64,000 nucleotides of DNA from Octopus sinensis (taxonomy: Eukaryota): contig NC_042998.1 in assembly GCF_006345805.1 (NCBI RefSeq), positions 558,001-622,000 of the forward strand, read 5' to 3'. The notes beneath the pieces were generated by a model. It worked only from the letters and a program-made list of their open reading frames with translations. It ran no database searches and had not been told where the DNA came from. The translations under genes were made by a program, and so were the position numbers. Shown here one piece after another: positions 37,281-49,947 of this stretch (positions within the stretch are counted from its first letter, which is position 1; every line of letters starts with the position of its first letter).

Positions 37281-39156
37281 CTTTGGTCAACTTGGGGTTA
37301 TGGTAGAAGACACATACTCGGTCACACACACACAGAACAGAGTTAGTTTGTGGTACCAAGTTTTTGTTCGATCTGTAGGTATAGCTTAGCAAGGAATAAG
37401 TTCCACCAGCCTGACATGGAATTGAGTTATGTCCATTTAAGAGTAGATAAGGTTTCAAATTTTATCTATTCATTTTTCTTATTTGAAATCACTCTCAATG
37501 AGTCAACAAACAATCAACTTAAAGAAGGTCTGAAGCATCTACATCTTTGTTTGAAGTGAGAAAAACAAAACAAACAAAAGGAGAGAGAGAGAGGGGGAGA
37601 GAGAAGTTGCTCCTATTACACAACCAGAAAACAAACAATGCAAGATTAGACTAAAAACAATTAGGATAATATATATATATGAGGGAAAGAAGAAGAAATT
37701 CCCATACAGCTGATGCTCAAGGAAATAACTATCCAGATTCCAAACTCCTGCCATGGGAGGACACAACAGCAGAAAAAGAGGGAAAGGGTAAATGTGCAAT
37801 TAAAAAAAGCAAATAATTATAAAAATAAAATAACAAAAAATTATCAGTATTGAGATTATGTAACCTGCATAATGAGAGAATTTTCACCTAATCTCCAGCT
37901 GTCCAGTCCTTGCCAAGATCAAATAGGTTCATAAATGTGACTGAGTTGGCAGCTATGTTCACAGGGCAATGGATTGATATTTCAATGTAAAAATGGATAA
38001 GAAGTGTTATAAATATGTAAATGACAATTTAGCCACAATCATCAAAGATATATCTGTTCAGACTGACAAAGAGATGGAGGCAAACTATTGTAAATGAACA
38101 TCATTGCTAATCAAGGGTGGTTTGTTTGCTTCCCCCATTTCTGTACAAACCATATCTATCTATGGAGGGTTGGCAACAGGAAGTGCATGCAGCCGCAGAG
38201 AATTTGCATCAATAAACTGTCTGATCCATGCAAGCCTGGAGAAGTAGGTGTTAAATGATGGTGATGACTGGAATGAAAGTGGTTCTCTGATAAATCCCTT
38301 TGATCTTAATTCCTTCAAACCAAAAACATAGACTGGAAGGAAGTGCAGAAATATGAAAGAGCAATGGTAATTTTGAAATTGAATTAAACAAGATGTAGGA
38401 CAAAAGTTAAAACAACATCAACGATAATCTGAGCAGGAGGTAAGAAAAAACAAGGTATGAACAAAAATGGAAAAGGATGAAAGGATGAAAGGCAAAGCTG
38501 AGCTGAGTGGAATTTGAACTCATAACGTAAAAGAGGGATGAAATGCCACTAAGTATTTTCCTTGGTGTACTAATAAGTCTGCCAGTTTGCTGTCTCACTG
38601 AAGGAGTCAATATTGAGAGCAGAATACAAGAGAGGTTGTTACTAAGGCACAACCACTCTGATCACCGTCAACATGAGAAAGAAAAAAACATTAACATAAC
38701 AACCAAACAACAATGATGATGACGACAACGATGATGACGATGATGATGATGATTGATTGATTCAGCTGAGGATATAAGTGTCTTTTGAACTCCTTTTTAA
38801 TATATTTTATCATTCATTTTTTTTCTCTCTCTCTCTTCATAACAAAAGAAGCTAATACCAGGTTCTTAGAGTATTAGAATGAAGAAAAAAAAACAAAAAA
38901 AAAAACAAACCTTTTTCCCATCATGAAATATGAAAGCAAAACAAGGCAAAAATAAAGTACACATGCAACAGATATTCTCCCGATAGACTAAGAAGAAGTG
39001 TTGAGGAGACAATGTCAAAACATTGTCCAGTTTTAAATGTGAGCAAATACAGAGAAAAAGCTAAAGTAAGAGCATAAATTTTAGTTTCTTTTATATGAAT
39101 ATTTTTTTTGTTTTTGTTTTGATTTCTGTCTGTCATTTCTACTTCTCTTATCACAG

Positions 39157-39231
39157 GAATGGCATATGTGGATAAATAAGCTTGCAGTGAAGCATGTCAG
39201 TGACTTATTTTCAGCAAGTACATCAAGAAAA
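39157..39231 (+). CDS. Weak candidate exon, possibly the first helix of a Hook/NuMA-type domain
   Basis: Strong acceptor tttctacttctcttatcacag|G, donor AAA|GTAATC; EWHMWINKLAVKHVSDLFSASTSRK loosely resembles W(V/I)NSL..V.DL. Confidence 0.2.
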
Positions 39232-39564
39232 GTAATCTAGATGTCGGCTGATAACATCTGATTTGCTGGCTAAGATGATGGCAATGAAATTGTACCCTTT
39301 CTAACCTTCCTTTGCGCTTTTGATATATGATTAAGAACAAAGAACAAACTGTTGAACCAAATAATAATTTTAAGGAATCCAAGCAAATTCTTTTTAGGCT
39401 TTTGAAATTTATTAAAAAAAAAGAAAAGATTCTAATTGCATTGTTTATCTTCTTTCCATTGGCCACCCGACTTCTATCTACCTTAGATGTTCAAAACCAG
39501 TTATTAGTTGGCAACCAAACACCATTATGATAAAATAAATATACAAATAGATAAATAAACAAGA

Positions 39565-39720
39565 GTTGCAGGTGTGGTTAAGAAGCTTGCTTTCCAACTC
39601 TGTGGTCTTTGATTCAGTTCCATTATGTGGCACCTTGAGTAAGTATCTTCTACTAAGGCATCGGGCTAACCAAAGACTTCTGAGTGAACTGGGTAGAATG
39701 AAACTGAAACTATTTTGTGC

Positions 39721-39772
<52 letters not shown>

Positions 39773-40335
39773 ATATATATATATTATATATATATATATA
39801 TATGTATGTGTGTATGCATGTATGTATGTATGTATGTATTGTATGTATGTATGTATGTGTGTGTGTGTGTGTATATATATATGTATATGTATGTATATGT
39901 ATATATGTGTGTGTGTTCCTTGTCCTGTCTTTTACTGTTTATATTTTGTACTGTCGTTACTGTCCTGTTTTTGTTACCATTTTTACCTCTCCGCAAAAAG
40001 ATCTCAAATTTTATTTAATTTGCTTTTCGAGGGAAGGAAAGTTTCTATCGAAGATGTGTATCGCCTTCACCTTCGAAATGCAGAGTAGATGAAACCATGG
40101 CGACTGAAGAAGGGGAATTTTCCTTGTGTTATTTGTCCTGTACTCTATTTTTTCATTGTTTAAGAAAAATGTCCAGTTCCTTGGTTTTGTGTTTATGTTT
40201 TCCTTTCTCATTGTGTTCGACGTTTTTTTGGTGTCCTGTACCCATATATGCATGTATATATACATGTAGAGGTAGGTACGTACATATATGTATATATATA
40301 TATATATGCATATTTTTTTTATTAATTTATATATA

Positions 40336-40370
<35 letters not shown>

Positions 40371-40675
40371 GTGTGTATATATGTATATATATGTATATGT
40401 ATATATATATGTGTGTATATATATATATGTATAGATATATATGTGTATATATATATATATATATATTCATAGATATATATATATAAATGTGTATATATAT
40501 ATTTGTATATATACATGCGTATATATATATATATATGTATGTATATACATACATACACACACACACATATACACACATATATATTCACGTGTGTGTGCCT
40601 TTGTGTTTGTTCTTCACTACTGTTTGACAACCAGTGTTACTTTGTTCATGTCCCTGTAACTTAGCAGTTTGGCAA
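39565..40675 (+). mobile_element. SINE family A split by a PLE-like fragment (about 39915-40250) inside its TA tract
   Basis: Head at 39565-39715, tail resumes ~40590; the insert contains gaaaccatgg and ctgaagaagggg.aattttcctt. Confidence 0.7.
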
Positions 40676-40676
40676 G

Positions 40677-40900
40677 TAATGGTGGGGGGGGGGGAAAACA
40701 CAGACACAAGGATGCAATGCGTGCACACACACACACACACGACAAGCTTCTTTCAGTTTCCGTCTACCAAATCCACTCACAAGGCTTTGGTTGGCCTGAG
40801 GCTACAGCAGAAGACAGTTGCCCAAGGTGCCACACAGTGGGACAGAACCTGGAACCATGTGGTTGGGAAGAAAGCTTCTTACTACACAGCCACGCTTGTG
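40677..40900 (-). mobile_element. SINE family A (head half)
   Basis: cttctttcagtttccgtctaccaaatccactcacaaggctttgg...cacagccac. Confidence 0.88.
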
Positions 40901-41504
40901 CTTACATGCGAATACTTTTACAAAGCACTTCTTTAGATAATGTAGAACTTTATATTTCTCTTAAAATAGGGTAATCACTGCTCAAAGTTGCTGATCATAA
41001 GGCTGCTTGATTGCAGTTGACCTGGGGTTAAACTAAACAACAACAGGGACAATTAGTTTGATCTGTTTATACAGTGCCACTTGGTGGATGAATGATACAA
41101 CTAATGCTAGTCTACAAAAGATAAGCTTATCATAGCAACGAAACAGGATTTCATCAGCTGAATTAGCAATTACTTCAATTCAAGTTGTAAACTATCTCTA
41201 CCAAAAAAGGAAAAAAATCCCTAAAAAACAAAAACACAACCCTAGCTCTGAATAACTGAGTGAGTTATACCAGCAAAATGTCCACAGTAAAATTAAAATG
41301 AATAGAGTTAAATATCTTGTTCAAGGACACAAAATATCTGTACCTAATGTAAAAAAATGTAGAAGTCAAATAAAAAAAAAAATTAACCTCTCACTTTTCC
41401 TCTTAACCTAAATAAAAACAAAAGGAAAGATAACAATAAAAAAAGAAAATGCTTCATAAAAAGTAGCTTTTCTTTTCTCAGTTAGTTCATAGTATTATAT
41501 ATTG

Positions 41505-41745
41505 AGAAGGCAGCAAGCTGGCAGAAACGTTAGCATGCTGGGTGAGATGCTTAGCGGTATTTTGTCTGCCGCTACGTTCTGAGTTCAAATTCCAACAAGA
41601 TCGACTTTGCCTTTCATCCTTTCGAGGTCGATTAAATAAGTACCAGTTACGCACTGGGGTCGATATAATCAACTTAATCTGTTTGTCTGTCCTTATTTGT
41701 CCTCTCTGAGTTTAACCCCTTGTGGGTAGTAAAGAAATAGGTATT
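41505..41745 (+). mobile_element. SINE family B, full length
   Basis: Match to 31813-32046. Confidence 0.9.
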
Positions 41746-41948
41746 ATATATTGACAGTAATTCAAAAGCCATTCGTTGGATAAGTGCAGATTTGTGGCTT
41801 TCAATCATTTTTGATTTTGTAGCTGGAGAATCATGCAGTCACACCTGCTCATGGCTATGTGGTTAAGAAGTTTGCTTCCTAATCACACGGTTCCGGGTTC
41901 AATCCCACCATGTGGCAGTTTGGGCAATTGTTTTCCACAATAACATCT

Positions 41949-42258
41949 GTGTGGAGGCACATGACCTAATGGTTAGAGCAGCGGACTCGCGGTCGAGGGA
42001 TCGTGGTTTCGTATCTCAGACCGGGTGATGTGTGTGTTTATGGGCGAAACACCTAAGCTCCATGCGGCTCCGGCAGAAGGTAATGGCGAACATCTGCTGA
42101 CACCTTCGCCACAACAATCTCTCACTCTTTCCTCCTGCAACTTGCAGCTCACCTGCGACGGACCGGCATCCCGTCCAGGTGGGGAACCTATACGCCATGG
42201 AAACTGGCCCTTATGAGCCAGGTATGGCTCGAAAGGGAACAAACAAATGAAACAAAAA
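41949..42258 (+). mobile_element. SINE family D (tRNA-like head), full length
   Basis: gtgtggaggcacatgacctaatggttagagcagcggactcgcggtcg...; (aac/aaac)n tail; 12-bp TSD acaata(a/g)catct at 41937-41948 and 42259-42270. Confidence 0.88.
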
Positions 42259-42381
42259 ACAATAGCATCTAGCTTATCAAAGCTTTGTGAGTAGATTTGG
42301 TGTGTGTGTGTGTGTGTGTCCTTGTTTTGACATAGCATGATAGGTGTAAATGAGAGTCAGTCATACAAGCAGTGACATTCA

Positions 42382-43025
42382 TCTATATATATAAAACTCA
42401 ACTTGTGTGTCTGTGTGTGTATCTGTGTGTGTGTCTGTGTGTGTGTCTGTGTGTTTAACTTCCCGGCACATCTCCTCCTAGCCAACAAATCGTAGAACCA
42501 CCAAAAATGGGTCACTTAAAGTTTAAGCAAATGAAAACTGAACTGCACTATTTCTGTTCCGAAATTCATCTCGCAAGTGCAAAAATCGATAATGTGTTTG
42601 TTTAGGCCTTATCCCATGCATTGAATAGCAAACTTTACTCAGTCAGCTGTTTGACGTGACCTGTGTTCACCACGCGTGCAAGCATGCGTAAATGCATGAA
42701 AAATTAAAAAATCAAGATATAAAAACGAATCGCCGTAAACATTGTAGAAATTCGGCAAAGAAATGAATTTTCGGGATGTAGCCTGGAGGGTTTTTTCGTA
42801 TTAATCGTTTGGACTTTGTGAACACATACCAATTGTTTTCATAATATTTTTAACGCTTTGAATTAAATGTGACCATTTTGCATTGAGTCTGCAGTTTGAA
42901 TCACTTTAACCAAATTTTAGCAGGCCGGATTTTTGATCATCACGATACATCGCCAGCGACTCCCTGAAATCCCCATTGAGAAATCTCTATATATAAAACT
43001 CAACTTGTGTGTCTGTGTGTGTAAC
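42382..43025 (+). mobile_element. Helitron family F (3'-truncated) followed by a second F head at 42984
   Basis: A|TCtatatatataaaactcaacttgtgtg start repeated at ~42984; no CTRR end seen. Confidence 0.7.
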
Positions 43026-43077
43026 TTCTGGATCTACCAAGTTTCATTATTAAGGATGGAAAGTAGTGTGTAGCAAA

Positions 43078-43390
43078 TCTATATATACAAAGCTGAAGTT
43101 GTCTGTGTGTGGTAGGTTTGGTAGCCTTCAACTAACACTATCTCCTTCGAGACCCTGCAGCGCAAGTTGACCAAAATTGAGAGTACGATAGAAGAAATCG
43201 GACCATGTTAACATAAAAATTATTTATATCAAAAAGGTACCTTTTTCCTATGAAAATCCCTATTTTTTACGATTTTTGACTGCTGTGTCACCATTTTTCA
43301 GTGTATTTCAACAGGAAAAATGTTCACTTGAAGAGAATAACAAGTTGCATAATGCAAAATTTTTACTTTTCAAAAATTCCAATTCTAAAA
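43078..43390 (+). mobile_element. Helitron family G (3'-truncated)
   Basis: TCtatatatacaaagctgaagttgtctgtgtgtgg; homologous to 50581-50959. Confidence 0.85.
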
Positions 43391-43669
43391 AAGCATATCT
43401 AACCATGGGAAATTATTACCGTATTGGGAAACAATTGAGGGCTGGTGTCAAGAAGAGGGCATCTGATTGTAGAAAATCTGCTTCAATAAATTCCATCTGA
43501 TCCATGCAGACATAGAAAAGTGGATGTTAAAACAATGATGATGATGAAGTGATAAAATAGAAATGTGTTGATAGACTTTGTATGGAAAGAAAAGAAAATA
43601 ACCTAAAATGAAACAAAAAACTATACTTTAAAGTTAATAATTTAGAAGAATATATTCTTTTATTTTTCT

Positions 43670-44030
43670 ATTGGTTTCAGTCATTTGACTGTGGCCATGC
43701 TGGAGCACTACTCTTAGTCGAATGAATTGACCTTAGAACTTATTCTTTGTAAGCCTAGCACTTATTCTATCGGTCTCTTTTGCAGAGCTGCTAAGTTACA
43801 GGGACGTAAATACACCAACATCGATTGTCAAGCATTGGTGGGGGGGGGGGGGGACAAACATATATGTATACAGTGCGCTTCTTTTTCAGTCTCTATCTAC
43901 CAAATCCACTCACAAGGCTTTGGCCAGCCCAAGGATATAGTAGAAGACACTTTCCCAAGGTGCAATGCAGTGAGACTGAACTCGGAAACATGTGGTTGTG
44001 AAGCAAGCTTCTTACCACACAGCCATGCCT
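43670..44030 (-). mobile_element. SINE family A
   Basis: Reverse-complement match to the reference copy. Confidence 0.87.
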
Positions 44031-44417
44031 ATATATATATATATATATATATATCTTTTATTTTTTGTTTGTTTCAGTCATTAGACTGAGACCATGCTGG
44101 AGCACCACCTTGATACACTTCACCATCCAGTCTAAGAATCGAACCTCTAACCTTATGATCATGAACCCAACATCCTAACCAGCCATCCATGTATGTTCAC
44201 AAATAATATCAATATTAGGAATAACCTTTGGAAAGGCTACCCGTGGGACTTGAACTCTCATCTTCTGCAGACATGACAAATGTTCTACCATTGGACAAAA
44301 CTGGAAAACATTATATTATGAATAATGGTTTCACATTTTGGCACCAGGCCAACACTCAACTGGTACTTGTTTTATTGACACTGAAAGGATGAAAGGTAAA
44401 GCTGACCTTAGCAGAAT

Positions 44418-44464
44418 TCTTAATAATAATAATAATGATAATAATAATAATAATGATAATAATG

Positions 44465-44499
<35 letters not shown>

Positions 44500-44545
44500 A
44501 ATAATGATAATGATAATGATAATAATAATGATAATGATAATAATA

Positions 44546-44595
<50 letters not shown>

Positions 44596-44596
44596 A

Positions 44597-44666
<70 letters not shown>

Positions 44667-44674
44667 TAATAATA

Positions 44675-44717
<43 letters not shown>

Positions 44718-44721
44718 TATG

Positions 44722-44756
<35 letters not shown>

Positions 44757-44781
44757 AATAATGATAATGATAATAATAATA

Positions 44782-44837
<56 letters not shown>
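44418..44837. repeat. ~420-bp (AAT)/(GAT) compound microsatellite, expanded SINE B tail
   Basis: Direct reading; abuts ggtttcaaattttggcaca, the reversed SINE B 3' end. Confidence 0.95.
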
Positions 44838-44838
<1 letters not shown>

Positions 44839-44997
44839 GTTTCAAATTTTGGCACAAAGCCAACAATTGACCCCAGTGCTCAAATGGTACTTGTTTTATC
44901 AACCTTGAAAGGTTGAAGGGTACAGTTGACCTTGGTGGAATTTGCTATGTTATGAATAATGTTTTCCAAGATGCTCAACCATGGATTTTCTAAAACC

Positions 44998-45210
44998 TTA
45001 ACCCTTTAGCTTTCAGCTTATCCTTTCAAATGTAATGCTTATTTATTCACTTTCTTTTGTAAATAATCCTGCATTATCTTGTAGCTTTATCTTGCATATT
45101 TTTTAATGATATTGTAGGGTAAGTGTGAGAAGTCAGATCTGGCCTGTTTGAACATAAACCAGAGAAAATATATGGGTTGGATATGGCTGGTTTGAATACG
45201 AAACGGTTAA
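44998..45210. mobile_element. TTAA-flanked (piggyBac-type) MITE; further copies at 49711-49916 and 50115-50325
   Basis: TTAA|ccctttagc ... acgaaacgg|TTAA; the second copy ends aatgctaaatga|TTAA; shared interior. Confidence 0.7.
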
Positions 45211-46435
45211 GTTATATTTTTAATAATTCAAGGAAGACCTGGATACTCCTGATACTCCTTGCAATGCATCAGTACAGTATGCAGTGTATACTATTTGAGA
45301 GCCACTGATGTAGGCATTGTCACCACTTGATTCAGCCCTCATTGTAGGTTTGTGTGTATTACTGACCCCAAAAGCTATACCAGCAGATTGGAAGCTTCTG
45401 GTAGGTCCTCCTATGTTGGACAGGTCAAAGGATAGAGGCCTGACTAATACGGACCACTTCTTTTCAGAGATAAAAATGAGCTTGCATAAGGTGAACACCC
45501 ATACATAGATAAAAGCAAAGTTACAGGAGCATCGATGTTCATTCAAAACCAACAAGAGTGGAGAGAAGTGGAGAAAAGCTGTTGATGATCTCCTGCACCA
45601 TATGGAATGAAGGGCTTAAGTAAGCAATGCAGACAATGGACACATCCTTTATGTTTCCAAGATCATCTGGAAAACTATAAATGTCACAAATTATCATGTG
45701 CTCTCTTTTGAAAATATCAGGCCTCTTGCTTCTTTCAAGAAATGGATTCTTCTTCAGAATCTGTTGGTCGATGAATAGTCAATAAATAAATCTGGCATTG
45801 CTTACATCAAAAGAAAACTAAAATACACAAGCGAATGTGAACACGCAAACACAAACCAGTTGTTAACTGAACACACAAAGACAATTCAGTTTAATATTGA
45901 TTTTTAACATCAAGGTCACATATTTTCGGGTAGTGGTGGAGTTATGAATTGATTTATTTGACCACAAAGCCTAACAGGTATTTGCTTTGATGATGACATT
46001 GGAAGGATGAAAAGCAATGAGAATGTCTACAAATGTAAGTAATTATTAAGAAGCAATTTGTCTTTTACTGATTCTGCATTGATTTAGTTACGGATATGAG
46101 TGAGAAGATAAAAACAATGCAAATAACATTCATGATATATATATATAAATTCTAGTTGTTAGGGAATAAATATTCCGGCATAACAGAGGTTCAAATTATT
46201 CTCAATGAAGAAATATATATTTTAATTTAGAGATACTAGGCCCCTTCATCTCATCATATAAAAAAGAATTTTTATTTTAAATACCTACTGTTTTATAACT
46301 TGGCTACACATGTTTCATGAGGTACATTCCCCAGTTCCTAAACCAGTCCATGTTTTACTGGAACCCTTCTTAAAATGTAACCCCAATCATCAGGCCCTTA
46401 TATCATTTTAACATCATTCAATATATATATATATT

Positions 46436-46469
<34 letters not shown>

Positions 46470-46471
<2 letters not shown>

Positions 46472-46638
46472 TCGGTAGCCACTACACACATTTTTTTCTC
46501 TCCATTTTTTTCTCTCTCCTTGTTTTTTCTGTGTCCCTTTCTGTAGAAGAGCGTAGGTTCGAAACGTAAAAGATTTTTCAATTCCTGAGCGTTATACTAA
46601 TACATCTGTTTGTTTTGTACACCACTTATTTTTTTTGT
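46470..46638 (+). mobile_element. PLE-derived mini-element family 2 with variant hammerhead motif
   Basis: 46537-46572: CTTT-CTGTAGA-A-GAGC-gtag-GTTC-GAAAC-GT-A-AAAG; lies between (TA)n/(GA)n and (TA)n tracts. Confidence 0.75.
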
Positions 46639-46647
46639 GAACTCTCC

Positions 46648-46687
<40 letters not shown>

Positions 46688-46809
46688 TTATACCTATACA
46701 TACATGCACACATATCTATACATATACATACATGTATACATATATATATATATATATATACATACATATACATACATACATACATACATACATACATACA
46801 TACATACAG

Positions 46810-47060
46810 ACACTCTGTTAGTTATGGTGATGAGGGTTCCAGTTGATCTGATTAATGGAACAGCTTGCTTATGAAATTGACGTGCAAGTGGCTGAGCACT
46901 CCACAGACACATGTACCCTTAATGTAATTTACAGAGAGATTCATTGCTTTACATAGTGTGACAAGGCTGGCCCTTTGAAATACAGGCTCTACTTATTTTT
47001 GCCAGCTGAGTGGACTGGAGCAATGTGAAATAAAGTGTCTTGCTCAAGGACACAACGTAT
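46810..47060 (-). mobile_element. SINE family C (5'-truncated)
   Basis: Match to 54196-54517. Confidence 0.85.
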
Positions 47061-47153
47061 TGCAGGGAATGAAACACTAGGACAATTTTCTATTCTATTC
47101 AAAAACATATAAACATACATAAAGACAAATATTGTGTATGTTTTTGTTTTCAG

Positions 47154-47174
47154 TCAGTGTTGGTGTTACCTAAG
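47154..47174 (+). CDS. Candidate 21-nt symmetric microexon (SVLVLPK)
   Basis: atgtttttgttttcag|TCAGTGTTGGTGTTACCTAAG|GTGAGT; phase 0 matches the end phase of the Hook exon. Confidence 0.45.
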
Positions 47175-47259
47175 GTGAGTTGTCTGACAAGATAGATATG
47201 GTAGGGATACAAGGTTCTGTGAAATAGTGTAGTAAATATGTAAAATAATACTGAGAGAG

Positions 47260-47640
47260 AGAGAGAGAGAAGCATGGGAAGAATGAGGGGGAGGGGGAGA
47301 AGAAGAAGAAGGAGAAGAAGAAGAAGAAGAAGAAGAAGAAGAAGAAGGAGAAGAAGAAGAAGAAGAAATGAGAAGCAATATGAATGAATGAGAAGAAATG
47401 TAGATATGATGTGAGAAGAAAAAGACTAAGAATAAAAATAAAAATAAAAGAGAGAAAAAAGTGAATGAGAGGAAAGAAAAGAGAGATTGAAGCGAAGTAG
47501 GATGCGTGAATAAGATGAATGAGAAGGAGGGAAAAGAGAGTAGAAGATGTGAAGTAAGTGAAAAATAATAAGAAATGAATGAATAGTGAAAGGAGGAATG
47601 AAAGAGAGGGTAGAAATAAGGGAAATCTCAGTTAAGGGAT
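47260..47640. repeat. (GA)/(GAA)-rich polypurine low-complexity tract
   Basis: Direct reading. Confidence 0.9.
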
Positions 47641-49188
47641 CTCTGTGTGATATAAAAAAATTTGGTTCAGTGAATGACCGATTAATAACTGGATTTAATA
47701 CCAGCTGGACAGCAATGTGTAAAACATCAGTAATTAAGGGTTTTACTACATGCAAGTAACATGCGATAATTAAATTGTTAACCTCTGTTGAGGTTAAACT
47801 AGAGAGTTCCCCTTTTACTTGAAGCCAGAAAAAACTCACCCTTGACGTTCACAATGATAGTGCCTTAGGGCTACATGATTTTCAGCACCCATACAAAAAG
47901 AATTTTACAAGCCTCTCACCAGTTTTTCATTATTTCAATTAAATTAAATTATGCACCTATATTCAGGAAGAGTGAGAGGGAGGTGGGGGTGGAACGAAAC
48001 GGAAAAGATAAAACAAAAATAAGATAAGACAGGCATAGCAATAATTTAATTTGTTCTCTGGCAGCAATTTCTCTGGAATCGCCTCTTGCCACCTTAAACC
48101 CCTAACCAAGAAAAGGAAATAGACCTTACTTTCACAGAATCCTTTTCTAGGCCTATGACATATAGACATCTATCCTAACAGTGTTCAAAATTGAGACTTT
48201 GAGCTATTAAATTGCCAAATCAAACATTCAGTCAGCCACAAAGCCATTTTTTTGTTTCCTTTCAGTCGATCTGATAATTATTAAAAATATAACTGATTGA
48301 CTTTCAGAACATAAAGTCAACCTAGACCAGGAGTTGAAACACTAACCAGAAGTCCTGAGCATAATACTGACTCCCGAGCCTGGTCAGTTGCCAATGAACT
48401 GACTTTGTTCCAACTACTCTCAATTAAACAAACTCAAGTTAATGATACTAATGACAAGTTCTTTGGTTTGTTATAGTCACCACGTAGCAAAGACCAAACT
48501 GGAGCACTGAAAGTTCATTCAAATAGAATGTAAATTGAGTTTCAAACCTGTTTGTTTTTATTTGTTTTTTTTTTCCAGTTTTTATTTTTTTGTGTCCTTT
48601 CTGTTATCTTAAATTACTGTCAACACGCTTGGAAAATGCATCAATATTGTGGTTCTCTCCTCAACTTCTCCTAAAAATACTTAGCAAACCAATGAGGGAG
48701 ACCCCACATAGTCGCCCAACTAGCTAGAAATAGCCAAACCTCCCTCAGATTATGTCTTATGACTTACAAAAGGTTAAGAAGCAATGCCTATTGGAGTTTT
48801 AGATACATGCTAAATAAAAACAAATACAAGCTGGAATGCTTTTGATCATAGGTTTAACCTGGGGTTAAACAACAACCAATGTAACCTCCTCAGACAAAGA
48901 GAATCACAACAAGCAATCTTCAGAAATGGAATTATGTTCATTTAAACAATATTTTAAGCACAAGGACAATTTTCTACTCTACTTTTGTGTGCGTGGGAAT
49001 AATCATCTTGAATTGGTCATAGTATAATGCTGATACACCTTTTATTAAGGTTCACACAAATTTTATAATAAAATGCATTCAAATCCACCATTTTTAATAA
49101 GTCTGCAATATAGACAAAATTTCTGTTTAATCAATCCTTCTAGTTAATCCTTAGATTTTATTTACACAGTTTATCAGTTTATCAAGCA

Positions 49189-49576
49189 CAAGCAGTATAG
49201 CCCAGCATTGCTCGGGTTTGTTTTCTTTTCAACTCTTAAGAATTGGATTTTTTGAAAAGTAAAAATTTTGCCTTATGTAGCTTGTTATACTCTATGAGTG
49301 AACATTTTTCTGGTTGAAATACACCGAAAAATGGCGGCACAACAGTAAAAAATTCATAAAAATTGGGATTTTCATAGAAAAAAAGCACCTTTTTGATATA
49401 AATAATTTTTGGTCTTAACATGGTCCAATTTGAATTTTCTACAGAATGAAGAGCAAACCTTCTTCTATCATACTCTCAATTTTGGTCAACTTGTGCTGCA
49501 GGGTCTCAGAGGAGATTGTTAGCTGAAGGCTACCAAACCTGCCACACACAGACAACTTAAGCTTTATATATAAAGA
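49189..49576 (-). mobile_element. Helitron family G
   Basis: Reverse of 50581-50959, with the terminal hairpin cccgagcaatgctggg. Confidence 0.87.
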
Positions 49577-49947
49577 TTTACTAAATGATATTTTGCTGTG
49601 TCCAATTCAAATTTACATAAAATGATAAGTTTTATTTTTACTTTCAATGAGGAAATTCTCTCAGATATAAGAGATAATGGACATTTTATAATTCATAGGC
49701 ATACAAACCATTAATTCCTTAGCATACTCTGTCAAATATAATGCTTATTTACTCCCAATGTTTTGAATTAATCACGTATATTCTCATTGATGTCATTGGT
49801 TAATTTTTAGAATGACATAGTAGAGTAGGTATGAGATGCCAGATCTAGCCAGTTCAAATATAAAACCAGGAGAATATTTGGGCTGGATATGGCAGCCTTA
49901 AATGCTAAATGATTAAGCTAATCCATAGTATTTTATTTATGACTCAC

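Larger units (their letters stand above)
41843..43550 (+). mobile_element. Host SINE (A head plus RTE-like tail) broken into three pieces by nested insertions
   Basis: Head 41843-41948, middle 42259-42381, tail 43390-43550 ending (gat)n. Confidence 0.75.

Noticed and set aside
44331-44916. Poly-N/D, poly-I and poly-L ORFs
   Set aside because: Translations of the (AAT/GAT)n microsatellite
45978-46034. 57-nt exon candidate with a GTAAGT donor
   Set aside because: The sequence is a decayed reverse SINE B (gaaggatgaaaagca)
47426-47839. 137 aa minus-strand ORF
   Set aside because: Half is the translation of the GA-rich tract; no motif recognised
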